Source of the DNA: Acidobacteriota bacterium
GTDB taxonomy: Bacteria > Acidobacteriota > Thermoanaerobaculia > Multivoradales > Multivoraceae
DNA length: 64,000 nucleotides
Direction of reading: 5' to 3'
Assembly: GCA_003388555.1 (NCBI GenBank)
Contig: QQVD01000057.1
Coordinates: forward strand, 43,192 to 107,191
How positions within the stretch are numbered: the stretch's first letter is position 1; the number at the start of each line of letters is the position of its first letter. Made by a program: the position numbers and the translations under genes. This document shows, in pieces, positions 1 through 9,000 of the stretch. The notes under the pieces are model-generated. The model worked only from the letters and a program-made list of their open reading frames with translations, ran no database searches and was not told the DNA's origin.

Positions 1-177
1 CTGTGGGGCGAGACCGGGGAAGCAGGCCGCGAGGGCCTTCGTGACCTCTGTCCGCTTCCGCCGCGTCGCGGCACAGGAGAAGCAAGAGACGCTGTGTGAG
101 GTGCCGGCCATCGGCCTCGACCCCTCTGCAGCGATGGTGAGCGCCGAGCACGGCGCGAAGGCTCGAAGGAGCGGCTC

Positions 178-576
178 ATGCATGGAACGACTGTCTCGAC
201 ACCGATCGGCCGGCGAAGCGACGTCTGGCGAAACAGCTCGGATGCATGGCGTCGCGCCCGCAGCGCCTCGAGGCTCTTCTGGGCTTGCGCCTGTTGTCTG
301 CTCGCCGCCGCTGCGGCCGGCGGCCACGTCGAAGGGGAGCAGCGGACCTCCTACCGACTGCTCGCGGCGGGTTCCGGAGATCCAGCGACCCACTCGGCTG
401 GTGACGGCTACCGCCTGGTCCGCCAGCCGGCGCAGGCGGTGCTCGCCAGGGGCGAGGCCTTCGCGCTGCAGGCGATCAGCGGCGCCGTCACAGGCTTTTG
501 CCTGTGCGGCGAAGCCCTCTTCGCCGACGGTTTCGAGAGCGGGACCACCAGCGCCTGGAGTGCGGTGGTTCCCTGA
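178..576 (+). CDS. Possible small CDS or gene fragment (132 aa). It ends in F-A-D-G-F-E-S-G-T-T-S-A-W-S-A-V-V-P, the same C-terminal motif as the convergent beta-helix gene.
   Basis: Frame-1 ORF with a hydrophobic N-terminal stretch. Its last ~18 aa almost match the C-terminus of the 1893..3437 protein. The frame is closed upstream at ~97, and it has Ala/Arg-rich composition typical of GC artifacts. Confidence 0.2.
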   Translation: MHGTTVSTPIGRRSDVWRNSSDAWRRARSASRLFWACACCLLAAAAAGGHVEGEQRTSYRLLAAGSGDPATHSAGDGYRLVRQPAQAVLARGEAFALQAISGAVTGFCLCGEALFADGFESGTTSAWSAVVP

Positions 577-659
577 GCGGCGCGGCCGATCCCGATGCGG
601 GGCTGGCGGAGCGATCCGGTCCCCGAATTCCAAGCCATCGAATCCAAGGGAGAACATCG

Positions 660-1862
660 ATGAACGCAATCTCTCAGCCCGCCGGGTCCTGTCGTGCTCC
701 GAGAAGGAAGGCGCTGAAAGCCGCGGGCTCGCTGCTCGCAGTGGCCAGCCTGATCGCCTCGGCGCTGCACGCCCGCCCGGAGGGTGCCGGATCCACTGGC
801 GGCGACGTGCGTGCCTCGGGCGGCTCCGACTCAGCCTTCGCGCTCTCCAGCGCCTTCACCTACGCCGGAAGGCTCGACCGTGCCGGTGAGCTCGCCGAGG
901 GCGCCCACGACTTCCACTTCGAGCTCTGGTCGCAGCGCGACGGCGGCGAGCTGCTCGGCTCGATCACCCGGCTCGCTCGTCCGGTGCAGGCGGGCGTCTT
1001 CCGCGAGGAGCTCGACTTCGGACCGGCGATCCACGACAGCGCCGAGGCCTGGCTGCAGATCGAGGTGCGCGATCCGGGCGACGCGGCGTTCACGCCACTC
1101 ACGCCGCGCCAGCGGGTCAGCGGTGGCGGCTCGGTGTGCACCGTGCCGGGCGACGTGCAGATCGAAGGGCGGCTGGCGGTCAACACCGACGTCAGCACCG
1201 TCGGACAGGTGCGGGTGCAGGGTCCCGAGGCGACCAGCGACGGCACGGCCGGCACGCTCGTGGTGAGCACGGGACTCGGGCTCGCGCTGCGCTACCTGCA
1301 GATCGACGGCGACGAGATCGACTCGTGGAACCCGTTCGCCAGCGGCAACCGTCTGCACCTGAACTCGAACACGGGCAGCGGGGTGTCGGTCGGCACCTTC
1401 GAGACCGCGGGCGCGCTGCAGGTGGTCGGCGGCGGCGATGCGGGGCCGGGTGGGGGCGGCGCGCTGGTGCTGGGCAGCGCCACCGGCGGAAACCTGGCGC
1501 TCGACGGCAACGAGATCATGGCGCGCAACAACGGCGCCGTGGCGCCGCTCTTCGTGCAGCACAACGGCGGCGACCTGATCTTCGGCGCCGGGCCAGGCGG
1601 CGGGCAGGGCAGAGTCGAGGTGAACGGAGTGCTCGACATGGGTTGGGAGATCGTTGCCAACGAGGCGCCAGATCAATTTGTCTCGGCCTTTTGCCCGGTC
1701 GGGAAGAAGGTGCTCGGGGGAGGCTGCTTCACTGAAGGCTCCGAGTTGCTCGAGAGCTCGGCCCCCTTCTTCACCAACGGCCAGTACGAGTGGTATTGCG
1801 CATGGGACGACTCCGGCCCAGGCGACGTCTGGGCATACGCGATCTGCGCCAACGTCGACTGA
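660..1862 (+). CDS. Secreted hypothetical protein (400 aa) with a Gly-rich middle region and a Cys-containing C-terminal domain.
   Basis: ATG at 660 is preceded by AAGGGAG. The N-terminus MNAISQPAGSCRAPRRKALKAAGSLLAVASLIASALHA looks like a signal peptide. Composition is protein-like; I recognise no family. Confidence 0.55.
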   Translation: MNAISQPAGSCRAPRRKALKAAGSLLAVASLIASALHARPEGAGSTGGDVRASGGSDSAFALSSAFTYAGRLDRAGELAEGAHDFHFELWSQRDGGELLGSITRLARPVQAGVFREELDFGPAIHDSAEAWLQIEVRDPGDAAFTPLTPRQRVSGGGSVCTVPGDVQIEGRLAVNTDVSTVGQVRVQGPEATSDGTAGTLVVSTGLGLALRYLQIDGDEIDSWNPFASGNRLHLNSNTGSGVSVGTFETAGALQVVGGGDAGPGGGGALVLGSATGGNLALDGNEIMARNNGAVAPLFVQHNGGDLIFGAGPGGGQGRVEVNGVLDMGWEIVANEAPDQFVSAFCPVGKKVLGGGCFTEGSELLESSAPFFTNGQYEWYCAWDDSGPGDVWAYAICANVD

Positions 1863-1892
1863 GAGGCGCGAGGGCGTCGGCGACGCAGCCCC

Positions 1893-3437
1893 TCAGGTCC
1901 CGGGGACCGCCACGGACCAGCTCCCGGTATCGCCACTCTCGAAACCGTCGCTGAACACGATTCCGAGTTCGAAGGCGCCGAGATCGGGTGAGGCGTCGCG
2001 CGGTCGGCCGAGGATGTCGTCTGGCGGGGCGTTGGCGGGGTCTGCCGCGTCGACGACCGGGCTCGTGTCGGCGGGACGGCCGTAGAGCAGCACCAGGTTC
2101 TCGAACACCTCGCGGATGCTCGTCGAGCCGTCAGCGAAGCTCAGCGTGGCCGGCACCCACCGAGGCAGCACCACGCCGGCCTGCACTCCGAGCAGGGGAT
2201 CGGCGACGGTGGCCGCCGCGTCGTCGGTGAAGTTGACCAGCTCGTTGCCGTCCTCAGGGATCGCGGCGCCGCCGTTCCAGTAGAGGTTCGAGTGGAGCAC
2301 GAAGTCGGCGGTGTCGGCGGGTGGCGTGTCGGAGAAGTCGTTGGCACCGCCGCCCGCCGGTGCGCCGAGGGTCCCGGTCGGATCGCTCCACACGTTGTTG
2401 GCGAACAGGAGCTCGTCGTTCACCGGGTTGCCGCCTTCGCGGTTCAGGCGCATCGCGAAGGCGAGGGCCGGCAGGTCGCCGACCACCGTGTTGTTACGGA
2501 AGGCGATGTCCCGTCCGCCCTTGACGCCGAAGGCCGCGCGCATCGTGTTGGCCGAGTTGCCGATCATCAGGTTGTTCTCGACCGTGATGTCGAAGGCCTC
2601 GTAGATCGGGTGGCCGTCCTCTCCCAGCAGAACGAAGTTGGAGCCGGTGCTGCCCTCCCAGTTGAGGAAGACGTTGCGCTGGATGGCGACATTGCGGCTG
2701 CCGACGTAGAGGTCGGAGCCCTGGTTCGAGTCCTTGACGACGATGAAGCTGCTGGTGTCGTTGTTGTTCGGGCGGCCGCTGCCGGCGAAGTCGTTGAAGA
2801 AGACGTTGTCGCGGATGGTCACCTGGTCGACCGAGTTGGCGTCGATGTGCTCGTCGGAGCCGGTCTGGTTGTAGAACAGGTTGCCTTCGACCAGCACGTC
2901 GAAGGTGGAGTTGTTGATCTTGAGCAGGTCGTTGTTCCAGCTGTCGTGGATCACGTTGTCGCGGATCGTGATCCGCGACACGGAGCCGTCACCGCCGCCG
3001 TCGACGTGCACCACCAGGGGAGCGGCTCCCGGGCCGTCGTGGAAGATCTCGAAGCCCTCGAGCGCGATTCCCTCGCAGCCGCTGGCGTCGCTGTAGGCGG
3101 TGATCACCCGGTCGTTGTTGGTGAGTCGCGCCCGGTAGGGGAGCTCCGAGCGCACGGTCACGCCGACGGGGAAGGTGCCACGCAGGCGGATCCGCCCTTC
3201 GTAGAGGCCGGGCCGCACCAGGATCGTGCTCGCATCCGGCACGCTGTCGAGCGCGTGGGTGATCGTCGCCCAGGGTGCGGCGAGCGAGCCGTCCTGACCG
3301 GGATCATCCGAGCCGTCGGTCGCGACCCAGTAGATGCCGCCGCCGGCTGCGCTGACGGAAGGGATGCCGAGGAGCGCCACGACGCCGCAGGCGGCGACGA
3401 CCAGCCTCGACCTCTTGCCGCGAAAGCGAATGCCCAT
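1893..3437 (-). CDS. Secreted right-handed parallel beta-helix (pectate-lyase-fold) protein.
   Basis: Signal peptide [31 protein letters not shown]. It carries repeated beta-helix turn motifs ([42 protein letters not shown]). The ORF track gives an upstream ATG at 3455 (MEIEVS-); either start is possible. Confidence 0.8.
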   Translation of the reverse strand: MGIRFRGKRSRLVVAACGVVALLGIPSVSAAGGGIYWVATDGSDDPGQDGSLAAPWATITHALDSVPDASTILVRPGLYEGRIRLRGTFPVGVTVRSELPYRARLTNNDRVITAYSDASGCEGIALEGFEIFHDGPGAAPLVVHVDGGGDGSVSRITIRDNVIHDSWNNDLLKINNSTFDVLVEGNLFYNQTGSDEHIDANSVDQVTIRDNVFFNDFAGSGRPNNNDTSSFIVVKDSNQGSDLYVGSRNVAIQRNVFLNWEGSTGSNFVLLGEDGHPIYEAFDITVENNLMIGNSANTMRAAFGVKGGRDIAFRNNTVVGDLPALAFAMRLNREGGNPVNDELLFANNVWSDPTGTLGAPAGGGANDFSDTPPADTADFVLHSNLYWNGGAAIPEDGNELVNFTDDAAATVADPLLGVQAGVVLPRWVPATLSFADGSTSIREVFENLVLLYGRPADTSPVVDAADPANAPPDDILGRPRDASPDLGAFELGIVFSDGFESGDTGSWSVAVPGT

Positions 3438-3700
3438 AGACACTTCGATCTCCATGCATGGTTCGCGTCAAGTCTACGTCAGACGGGAGACGCGAGATCT
3501 CACTCCGAAGACGCCGGAGAGCGTCGGAGACACGGGCTCCGGACCGCGGGCAGGCCTGACGCGAGCTTCGGTCCGCAGGCTCCGAGCTTCGCCATTCCGG
3601 CCGGCACTGGCGCCTCTGTTCCGGGCGCTCGCCCGTCGAGCGAGACGACTGCCGGCGTTGCGAGCTCGGATTGATGTCGGCAGTCGACACCCGGCGCGGA

Positions 3701-3718
3701 GGGCCATCCGGGACTGCT
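3701..3718. repeat. Copy 1 of an 18-nt direct repeat GGGCCATCCGGGACTGCT, embedded in a GGGCCAT...ATGGCCC hairpin (3701-3731).
   Basis: Exact 18-mer is repeated at 3825-3842. The 7-bp inverted repeat GGGCCAT/ATGGCCC flanks a 17-nt loop. Confidence 0.5.
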
Positions 3719-3824
3719 TTGAAAATGGCCCGAGAGACGGATCGTAACGCGCCAGAATCACGCTTGCCCGCGGCTGCCCGTCCTTACCGGCACCCATTTG
3801 CATCCATCTTGAGGGTGGCCCGAA

Positions 3825-3842
3825 GGGCCATCCGGGACTGCT
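3825..3842. promoter_or_regulatory. Copy 2 of the 18-nt direct repeat, sitting immediately (12 nt) upstream of the GTG start of the EEP/beta-lactamase-fold gene.
   Basis: Exact repeat of 3701-3718. It is preceded by the palindrome GGCCCGAAGGGCC (3816-3828) and lies within a ~400-nt non-coding leader (3438-3853). Confidence 0.4.
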
Positions 3843-3853
3843 AGTTTCCCGCG

Positions 3854-6022
3854 GTGCGCGCCCCACCGCTTCCCTCCCTCGTTCTCGCGGCTTGCGGGGT
3901 CTGTTGCGCCAGCGCGCTGTGGCTGGCCGGCCGCTTCGTCGTCCTGTCTCCGGGTATCGCTCGCGGACTGCTGATCGCCACCGCCACGTGCGCGGTGGTG
4001 CTCCTGCTGACGGCGCTGCGCCGTGGGACGGCGCGAGGGTCGCGGGTCGCCACCGCCGTCGTCGGCCTGGCGGTGCTCACCGCCGCGGCGCTGTTTCCCA
4101 TCGCCCTCCTGCGCGGCTCGGCGGCCGACCTGCAGCGCTTCGACGGACCGCGAGCAGCGCAGTACACCGCGACCGACGCCGACGCCGCGCCGACGCGGCT
4201 GCGCGTCGCGCAGCTCAACGTGCACCACGACTATCCCCGTCACGCTCTGCTCGCCGAGAGGGTCGACGAGCTCGCGGCTGTGCTGGGCGAGATCCGGCCC
4301 GACGTCGTGGTGCTCAACGAGGCCTGGCACGTGGCCGGCTCCCGCAGCCTGGCGCAGGAGCTCGCCGGGCGCCTCGGGCTGCACGCGGTCTACGCACGCG
4401 CCAACGGCTCGCGGCGCTGGCTCGGCTTCGAGGAGGGCACCGCGATCCTCAGCCGCTTTCCGGTCGCCGAGGCCGAGCGCGTCGTGGTCGAACCGGACCC
4501 GAGCCTGTTCGAGCGTCGCATCGCGCTCTTCGCCGAGCTCGAGGTGCCCGTTCACGGGCGACTCGGCGTCGTCGGCACCCACCTGCATCACGCCGACCGG
4601 GAGATCGCGGCGCGGCAGGCCCGTTCCTTGTTGTCCAGGCTCGACCCCGATCGTGGCTCCCGCTCCGGCGACGCGCCAACCGTCCTCGTCGCCGGGGACT
4701 TCAATCTCGAGGCCGGCGATCCGGTGTTCCGCGGCTACCACGACGCCGGCTATCTCGACTCCATGGCGGAGGGCGTCGATCGCCTGATGGTCGGCGAGAA
4801 GGCGGGCTGGCGCACGGTGTGGGCCGATTCGCGCGGCCTTCCTCTGCACAGCACCGGTGCGTTGCCGTTCCAGGGCACGGCGACGGTCGTCGCCGCGACC
4901 GCGCCGCTTCGCGACCCGGATGCACTTCCCGGGTCGATCTCCGACCACCCGCTCCTGCTCGCCGAGATCGAGCCGCTCGAGCCGCGCAGCGACTGGCCGG
5001 GGCGCTGGACGAGCTCTCCGCCGACGGATCTGGGATTCGATGTCGACGCCTTGGAAGGAGCCATCGAGGCGATCGGCGAGCTCGCAGGCGTCGAGTGCGT
5101 TCTGGTCGTCCGCCACGGCAGGCTCGCCGTCGAGCGCTACTTCCGCGGCGCCGATCCCCGCCGGCTGCGCAACGTCAAGTCGGTGTCGAAGAGCGTGCTC
5201 TCGGCGATCGTCGGCATCGCGATCGAGCAGGGCCATCTGGCCCTGGACGACCGTCTCGCAGAGCTGCTGCCGCCGGCGCTGTTCGGCGGCGACGAGCTCA
5301 AGCAGGCGATCACGGTCGGCGATCTGCTGACCATGCGCTCCGGCCTCGAGTCGACCAGCTTCGGCAACTACGGCTCGTGGACCTCGAGCCGCGACTGGGT
5401 GGCCGACGCGCTGGCGCGGCCGCTGCTCGAGCCGCCGGGGACGCGTATGCGCTACAGCACCGGAGACACCCACCTGCTCTCGGCGGTGCTGACCGCCGCC
5501 ACCGGCACCTCGACGCTCTCGTTCGCCGAGGAGCACCTCTTCCGTCCTCTCGGCATCGACCGCGTGGTCTGGCAGCGCGGCACGCAGGGGATCTACGTCG
5601 GCGGCAACAACCTCTCGATGACGGCGCGCGATATCGCCCGCTTCGGCCAGCTCTATCTCGACCGCGGTCGCTGGGGCGAGCGCCAGATCGTGCCCTGGCA
5701 GTGGGTCGACGCGTCGACCCGGCCGGTCGCCGAGACGCGCTGGGGCGGTGGCGGAGGCTACGGCTACCTGTGGTGGATCCGGCCCGAAGAGGAGCGCGGC
5801 GCCTACACCGCCAACGGCTTCGGCGGCCAGTACATCTACGTCGCGCCCGCGCACGAGCTGGTGGTCGTCATCGGCTCCAGCGAGACCTCGAAAGGACGCG
5901 AGTGGAGGTGGGAGCTGTTCGATCAGATCGTCGGCGGAATCGTCGCCAGTGTGGAGTGGGGGAGCGCCGGCAGTGCGCCCGGGCTGTCGGCTCCCGCCAA
6001 TCGGGGCGTCTCGTCTCCCTGA
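3854..6022 (+). CDS. Membrane-anchored fusion protein: N-terminal TM helices, an endonuclease/exonuclease/phosphatase (EEP) domain, and a C-terminal serine beta-lactamase/transpeptidase-fold domain.
   Basis: GTG start. There are three hydrophobic segments in the first ~90 aa. EEP-like motifs: LNVHHD, VVLNEAW, GTHLHH, AGDFN, SDHPLL. The serine-hydrolase SxxK motif is SVSKSV, followed by a YSTG motif. The long overlapping frame-1 ORF 3892..9399 is GC artifact up to ~6050. Confidence 0.8.
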   Translation: MRAPPLPSLVLAACGVCCASALWLAGRFVVLSPGIARGLLIATATCAVVLLLTALRRGTARGSRVATAVVGLAVLTAAALFPIALLRGSAADLQRFDGPRAAQYTATDADAAPTRLRVAQLNVHHDYPRHALLAERVDELAAVLGEIRPDVVVLNEAWHVAGSRSLAQELAGRLGLHAVYARANGSRRWLGFEEGTAILSRFPVAEAERVVVEPDPSLFERRIALFAELEVPVHGRLGVVGTHLHHADREIAARQARSLLSRLDPDRGSRSGDAPTVLVAGDFNLEAGDPVFRGYHDAGYLDSMAEGVDRLMVGEKAGWRTVWADSRGLPLHSTGALPFQGTATVVAATAPLRDPDALPGSISDHPLLLAEIEPLEPRSDWPGRWTSSPPTDLGFDVDALEGAIEAIGELAGVECVLVVRHGRLAVERYFRGADPRRLRNVKSVSKSVLSAIVGIAIEQGHLALDDRLAELLPPALFGGDELKQAITVGDLLTMRSGLESTSFGNYGSWTSSRDWVADALARPLLEPPGTRMRYSTGDTHLLSAVLTAATGTSTLSFAEEHLFRPLGIDRVVWQRGTQGIYVGGNNLSMTARDIARFGQLYLDRGRWGERQIVPWQWVDASTRPVAETRWGGGGGYGYLWWIRPEEERGAYTANGFGGQYIYVAPAHELVVVIGSSETSKGREWRWELFDQIVGGIVASVEWGSAGSAPGLSAPANRGVSSP

Positions 6023-6054
6023 GGGCCGAGCGACCTTCGGGTAGTGTTGCGTGG

Positions 6055-9000
6055 ATGGGCCTTCGCGCGCAGTGGCTCGCTCTGCTCTGGAGCTCGGTCG
6101 GCGTCTGGTCGACGGCGACCAGCGCCGTTTCGGCCCAGCAGGCGCGCCTCGAGTGGAACCTCAACGACCGCGTCGTCCAGCAGTCGTCGGAGGTCGTCGA
6201 CTATCACCGAGTCGGCGACTTCGTCGTCTTCTTCCAGCGCAAGGATCAGTTCGACGGCGACGTCGATTCGCTGACCCTCTGGTCGACCGCGGGTACGACG
6301 AGCACCACGAAGCGGATCGCCGGCTTCGACGTCGACTTCGCCGAGGTTTGCGGTGATCGCGCCGGACTCCTCTTGTTCCGCGCCGGCGGCGGGCTGTACC
6401 GAACCGACGGCACTCTCCCTGGGACCTTTCGGCTCCTGCAGGACGCGACATGCAGTTCCGTCCGTCGCGTCGACGGAGGTTGGGTCTTCGTGGTTCCGGG
6501 CGGCGTTTGGAGCGCTCCGGACCTCGACAGCCACCCGGTGCGAAGCGTCTCTCTCTCGGGGGTAGGTCCTTCTTCCGCGAGCGCGCACTGGCTGGGCCGG
6601 AACGTCTTCACGACGGTCGTGAACGGGCGAGGCGACCTGTGGGCGACTGACGGCACGGAGCGAGGCACGGAGCGCATCGCGATGAATGCCGGTCGCCCCT
6701 TCGTGGCAGGCGATCGGGTTGTCTTCGTCCGGGCGAGCTCCGACGTCACGGCCGACCTGTGGAGCACGACGGGCGACGAGACGGCTGAGATCCGGCTGAC
6801 AGAGCAGTCCTCGCTGACCGGAATCGCCGTGGTCGGAGCGGCGAACGACCTCGTCTTCTTCCGTGCATTCGGTATTGACGGCGAGGAGCTCTGGCGGACC
6901 GACGGCACCCCGGGCGGGACGATACGCCTGACCGATTTCGACTCGGCAAGGCCCTTCCCTTTGCAGGACTCCTCGGGGCAGCTGTTCGTCGCCTTCGAGG
7001 ACCGCCTGATCTTCGCCTCTGAAGACGCGGCATCGAGCGGCGAAGTGACCTTGTTCTCGACCGACGGCGTGGGCTCCCCAGCGCACCTCGGGAGCACGAG
7101 CCGCGGTCGTTTCGAGTCGCGCCGTCTACCGGCGTCGTTGGCCCTGTTCGTTGGCGAGCGCGTCCTCCTGACCGATGGGACGGGAGGAGGAACCCGCGTG
7201 CTCGAGCCGGGTGCACGCGTGGGCGGGATCGTCTCTTCCGGCGGTGAAGTGCTCTTCTGGCTCGAGCACGTGGACGGATTCCGGCTGATGTCCCTGAGCG
7301 AGAACGCGCAGCTCGGTGAGCTGTTCACGATCACCTCGCCGCGACGCGAGGGGCTGTTCAGCTTCGCCAGACTCGGTTCACGGGTGCTGCTGTCTCGGGA
7401 GCTCGACGGCTACGGGTTCGAGCCGTCGGTGATCGAGTTGGGTGACTCCCCACCGCGACTGACGACACTGATCGATCTCGAGGGAGCCGAATACGGTTCA
7501 CTGCCTCACAACCTCGTCGCCTTCGAAGACCGTCTGCTGTTTCGGGCCTATTCGGGTCCGGCCGGTCTCAGGCAGTTCCGGTTGGCCGGCGATGGCTCAC
7601 CGCCCAGGGAGCTCTTCGGCCCTGTCTTCGGCTGCGGCAACGTCTATGGGTCCGACGTGCGCCTGTTCGTGGTCTGTCGCGACGAAGTCCACGTCATCGG
7701 CCCCGGGCTGGCACACCTGGCGACGGTCGATCTCTCCATCACGCTGAGCGGATTCAGGCCGCAGCTGCTGGCGACCGATGAGGGTCTCTTCTGGCGATCC
7801 GACGAGCTGATCGTCGTCACCAACGAAGGCGAGCTTCGCAGCTTCGATCTCCCCGCCGGCTCGAGCGGAATCAACGAGCTCATTCCGGTTGGCTCCGAGA
7901 TGCTCGCCAGGTCTGCTTCGGCAGGGATGCCGGTCCTGTACCACCTCGACGTGGCCCAAGGCGTCGCCTCCGAGATCGTGGCTGGCGTCGCGGGGCTCTC
8001 GCGGACGCAGTTCGGAATCCGCGAGCTCGCGGGATTCATCTGGTTCGGGTTCGACGAGAAGATCTGGCGTCTCGACCCTGAGACTCTCGAAGCCGTGGAC
8101 ATGACTGCGGCCGATCCTCGGCTCTTCGGGGCGACGCTCGTGGTTTCTGTCGGAGAGGTGATCCTGCTCTGGCGGCCGGACGGGCTCAGCGGTGAGCTGC
8201 TGCTGTGGGATCCGGAGGCCGGACAGATCGATTCCCTGGGTCCGTCACCAGGGCTGCCGCCAGGTGACCGCTTCTCGCACGCGGCGGCTGACGCTGCCTA
8301 CTTCACGCTGGCCACGGCTCAGGGCCACACCGTCTGGTACCTGGAACAGGGTGGCGTCCCCCTTCCGGTCGTAGGGCTTCCGGCGCCCGAGGATTGGGGC
8401 GCGACGCCCGGGACCGTTCTTTCTGCCTTGGGCACGGAGCTCCTGACCCTGCCTTCTGGCGAGTACGGCAGGGAGATCTGGCGACTCGACAGGGGCCGGG
8501 CTTCATTGGTCAAAGACTTCTATCCCGGCCCGATCACGGGTGTCGGTGGAGAGATCGTTTCAGCGTTGGGGAAGGTGTACTTCGCAGCGGACGACGGTCT
8601 CTTCGGTGAGGAACTGTGGAGCCTGAGCGATGGTGCGTCGCCTTGCCACGAAGACGATTCGCGTGCCGCCTGTCTCGCAGGTGACCGGTTCGCGCTCGAG
8701 GTCGTCTACCGGCTGAGGCCGGACGAGGGCTGGCGGCGCGCCGTGGCCAGCGCTCTGACCGAGGAGACAGCGACCTTCTGGTTCTTCGAGGAAGAGAACG
8801 TGGAGGTCTTGGCGAAGGTGGTCGACGGCACGGCTTTCAACGGCTTCCACTGGCTCTTCGTCGGTGCGTTGACCAGTCTCGACTACGTGCTGACCGTCGC
8901 GGACCTCGAGTCGGGCCGATCCAGGCGCCTGCACAACCTGGGCGGTCAGGTGACCAGTATGGGTGACGTGGAGGCCTTGAGCGACGCGGTGACGGTTCCA

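Noticed and set aside
3758-5854. 698-aa ORF on the minus strand, antisense to the EEP/beta-lactamase gene. Similar long antisense or off-frame ORFs occur at 3892-6050(+), 5923-7086(-), 6246-7334(-), 9034-11037(-), 12187-13410(-), 16361-17401(-), 20678-22105(-), 32490-34925(-), 34967-38029(-), 45802-48645(-), 50241-51917(-), 52323-54653(-), 58625-60472(-) and 60799-62625(-).
   Set aside because: All are Arg/Ala/Pro/Gly-dominated, lack hydrophobic cores or recognisable motifs, and overlap strongly supported genes on the other strand or frame. They are typical stop-codon-poor artifacts of ~70% GC DNA.
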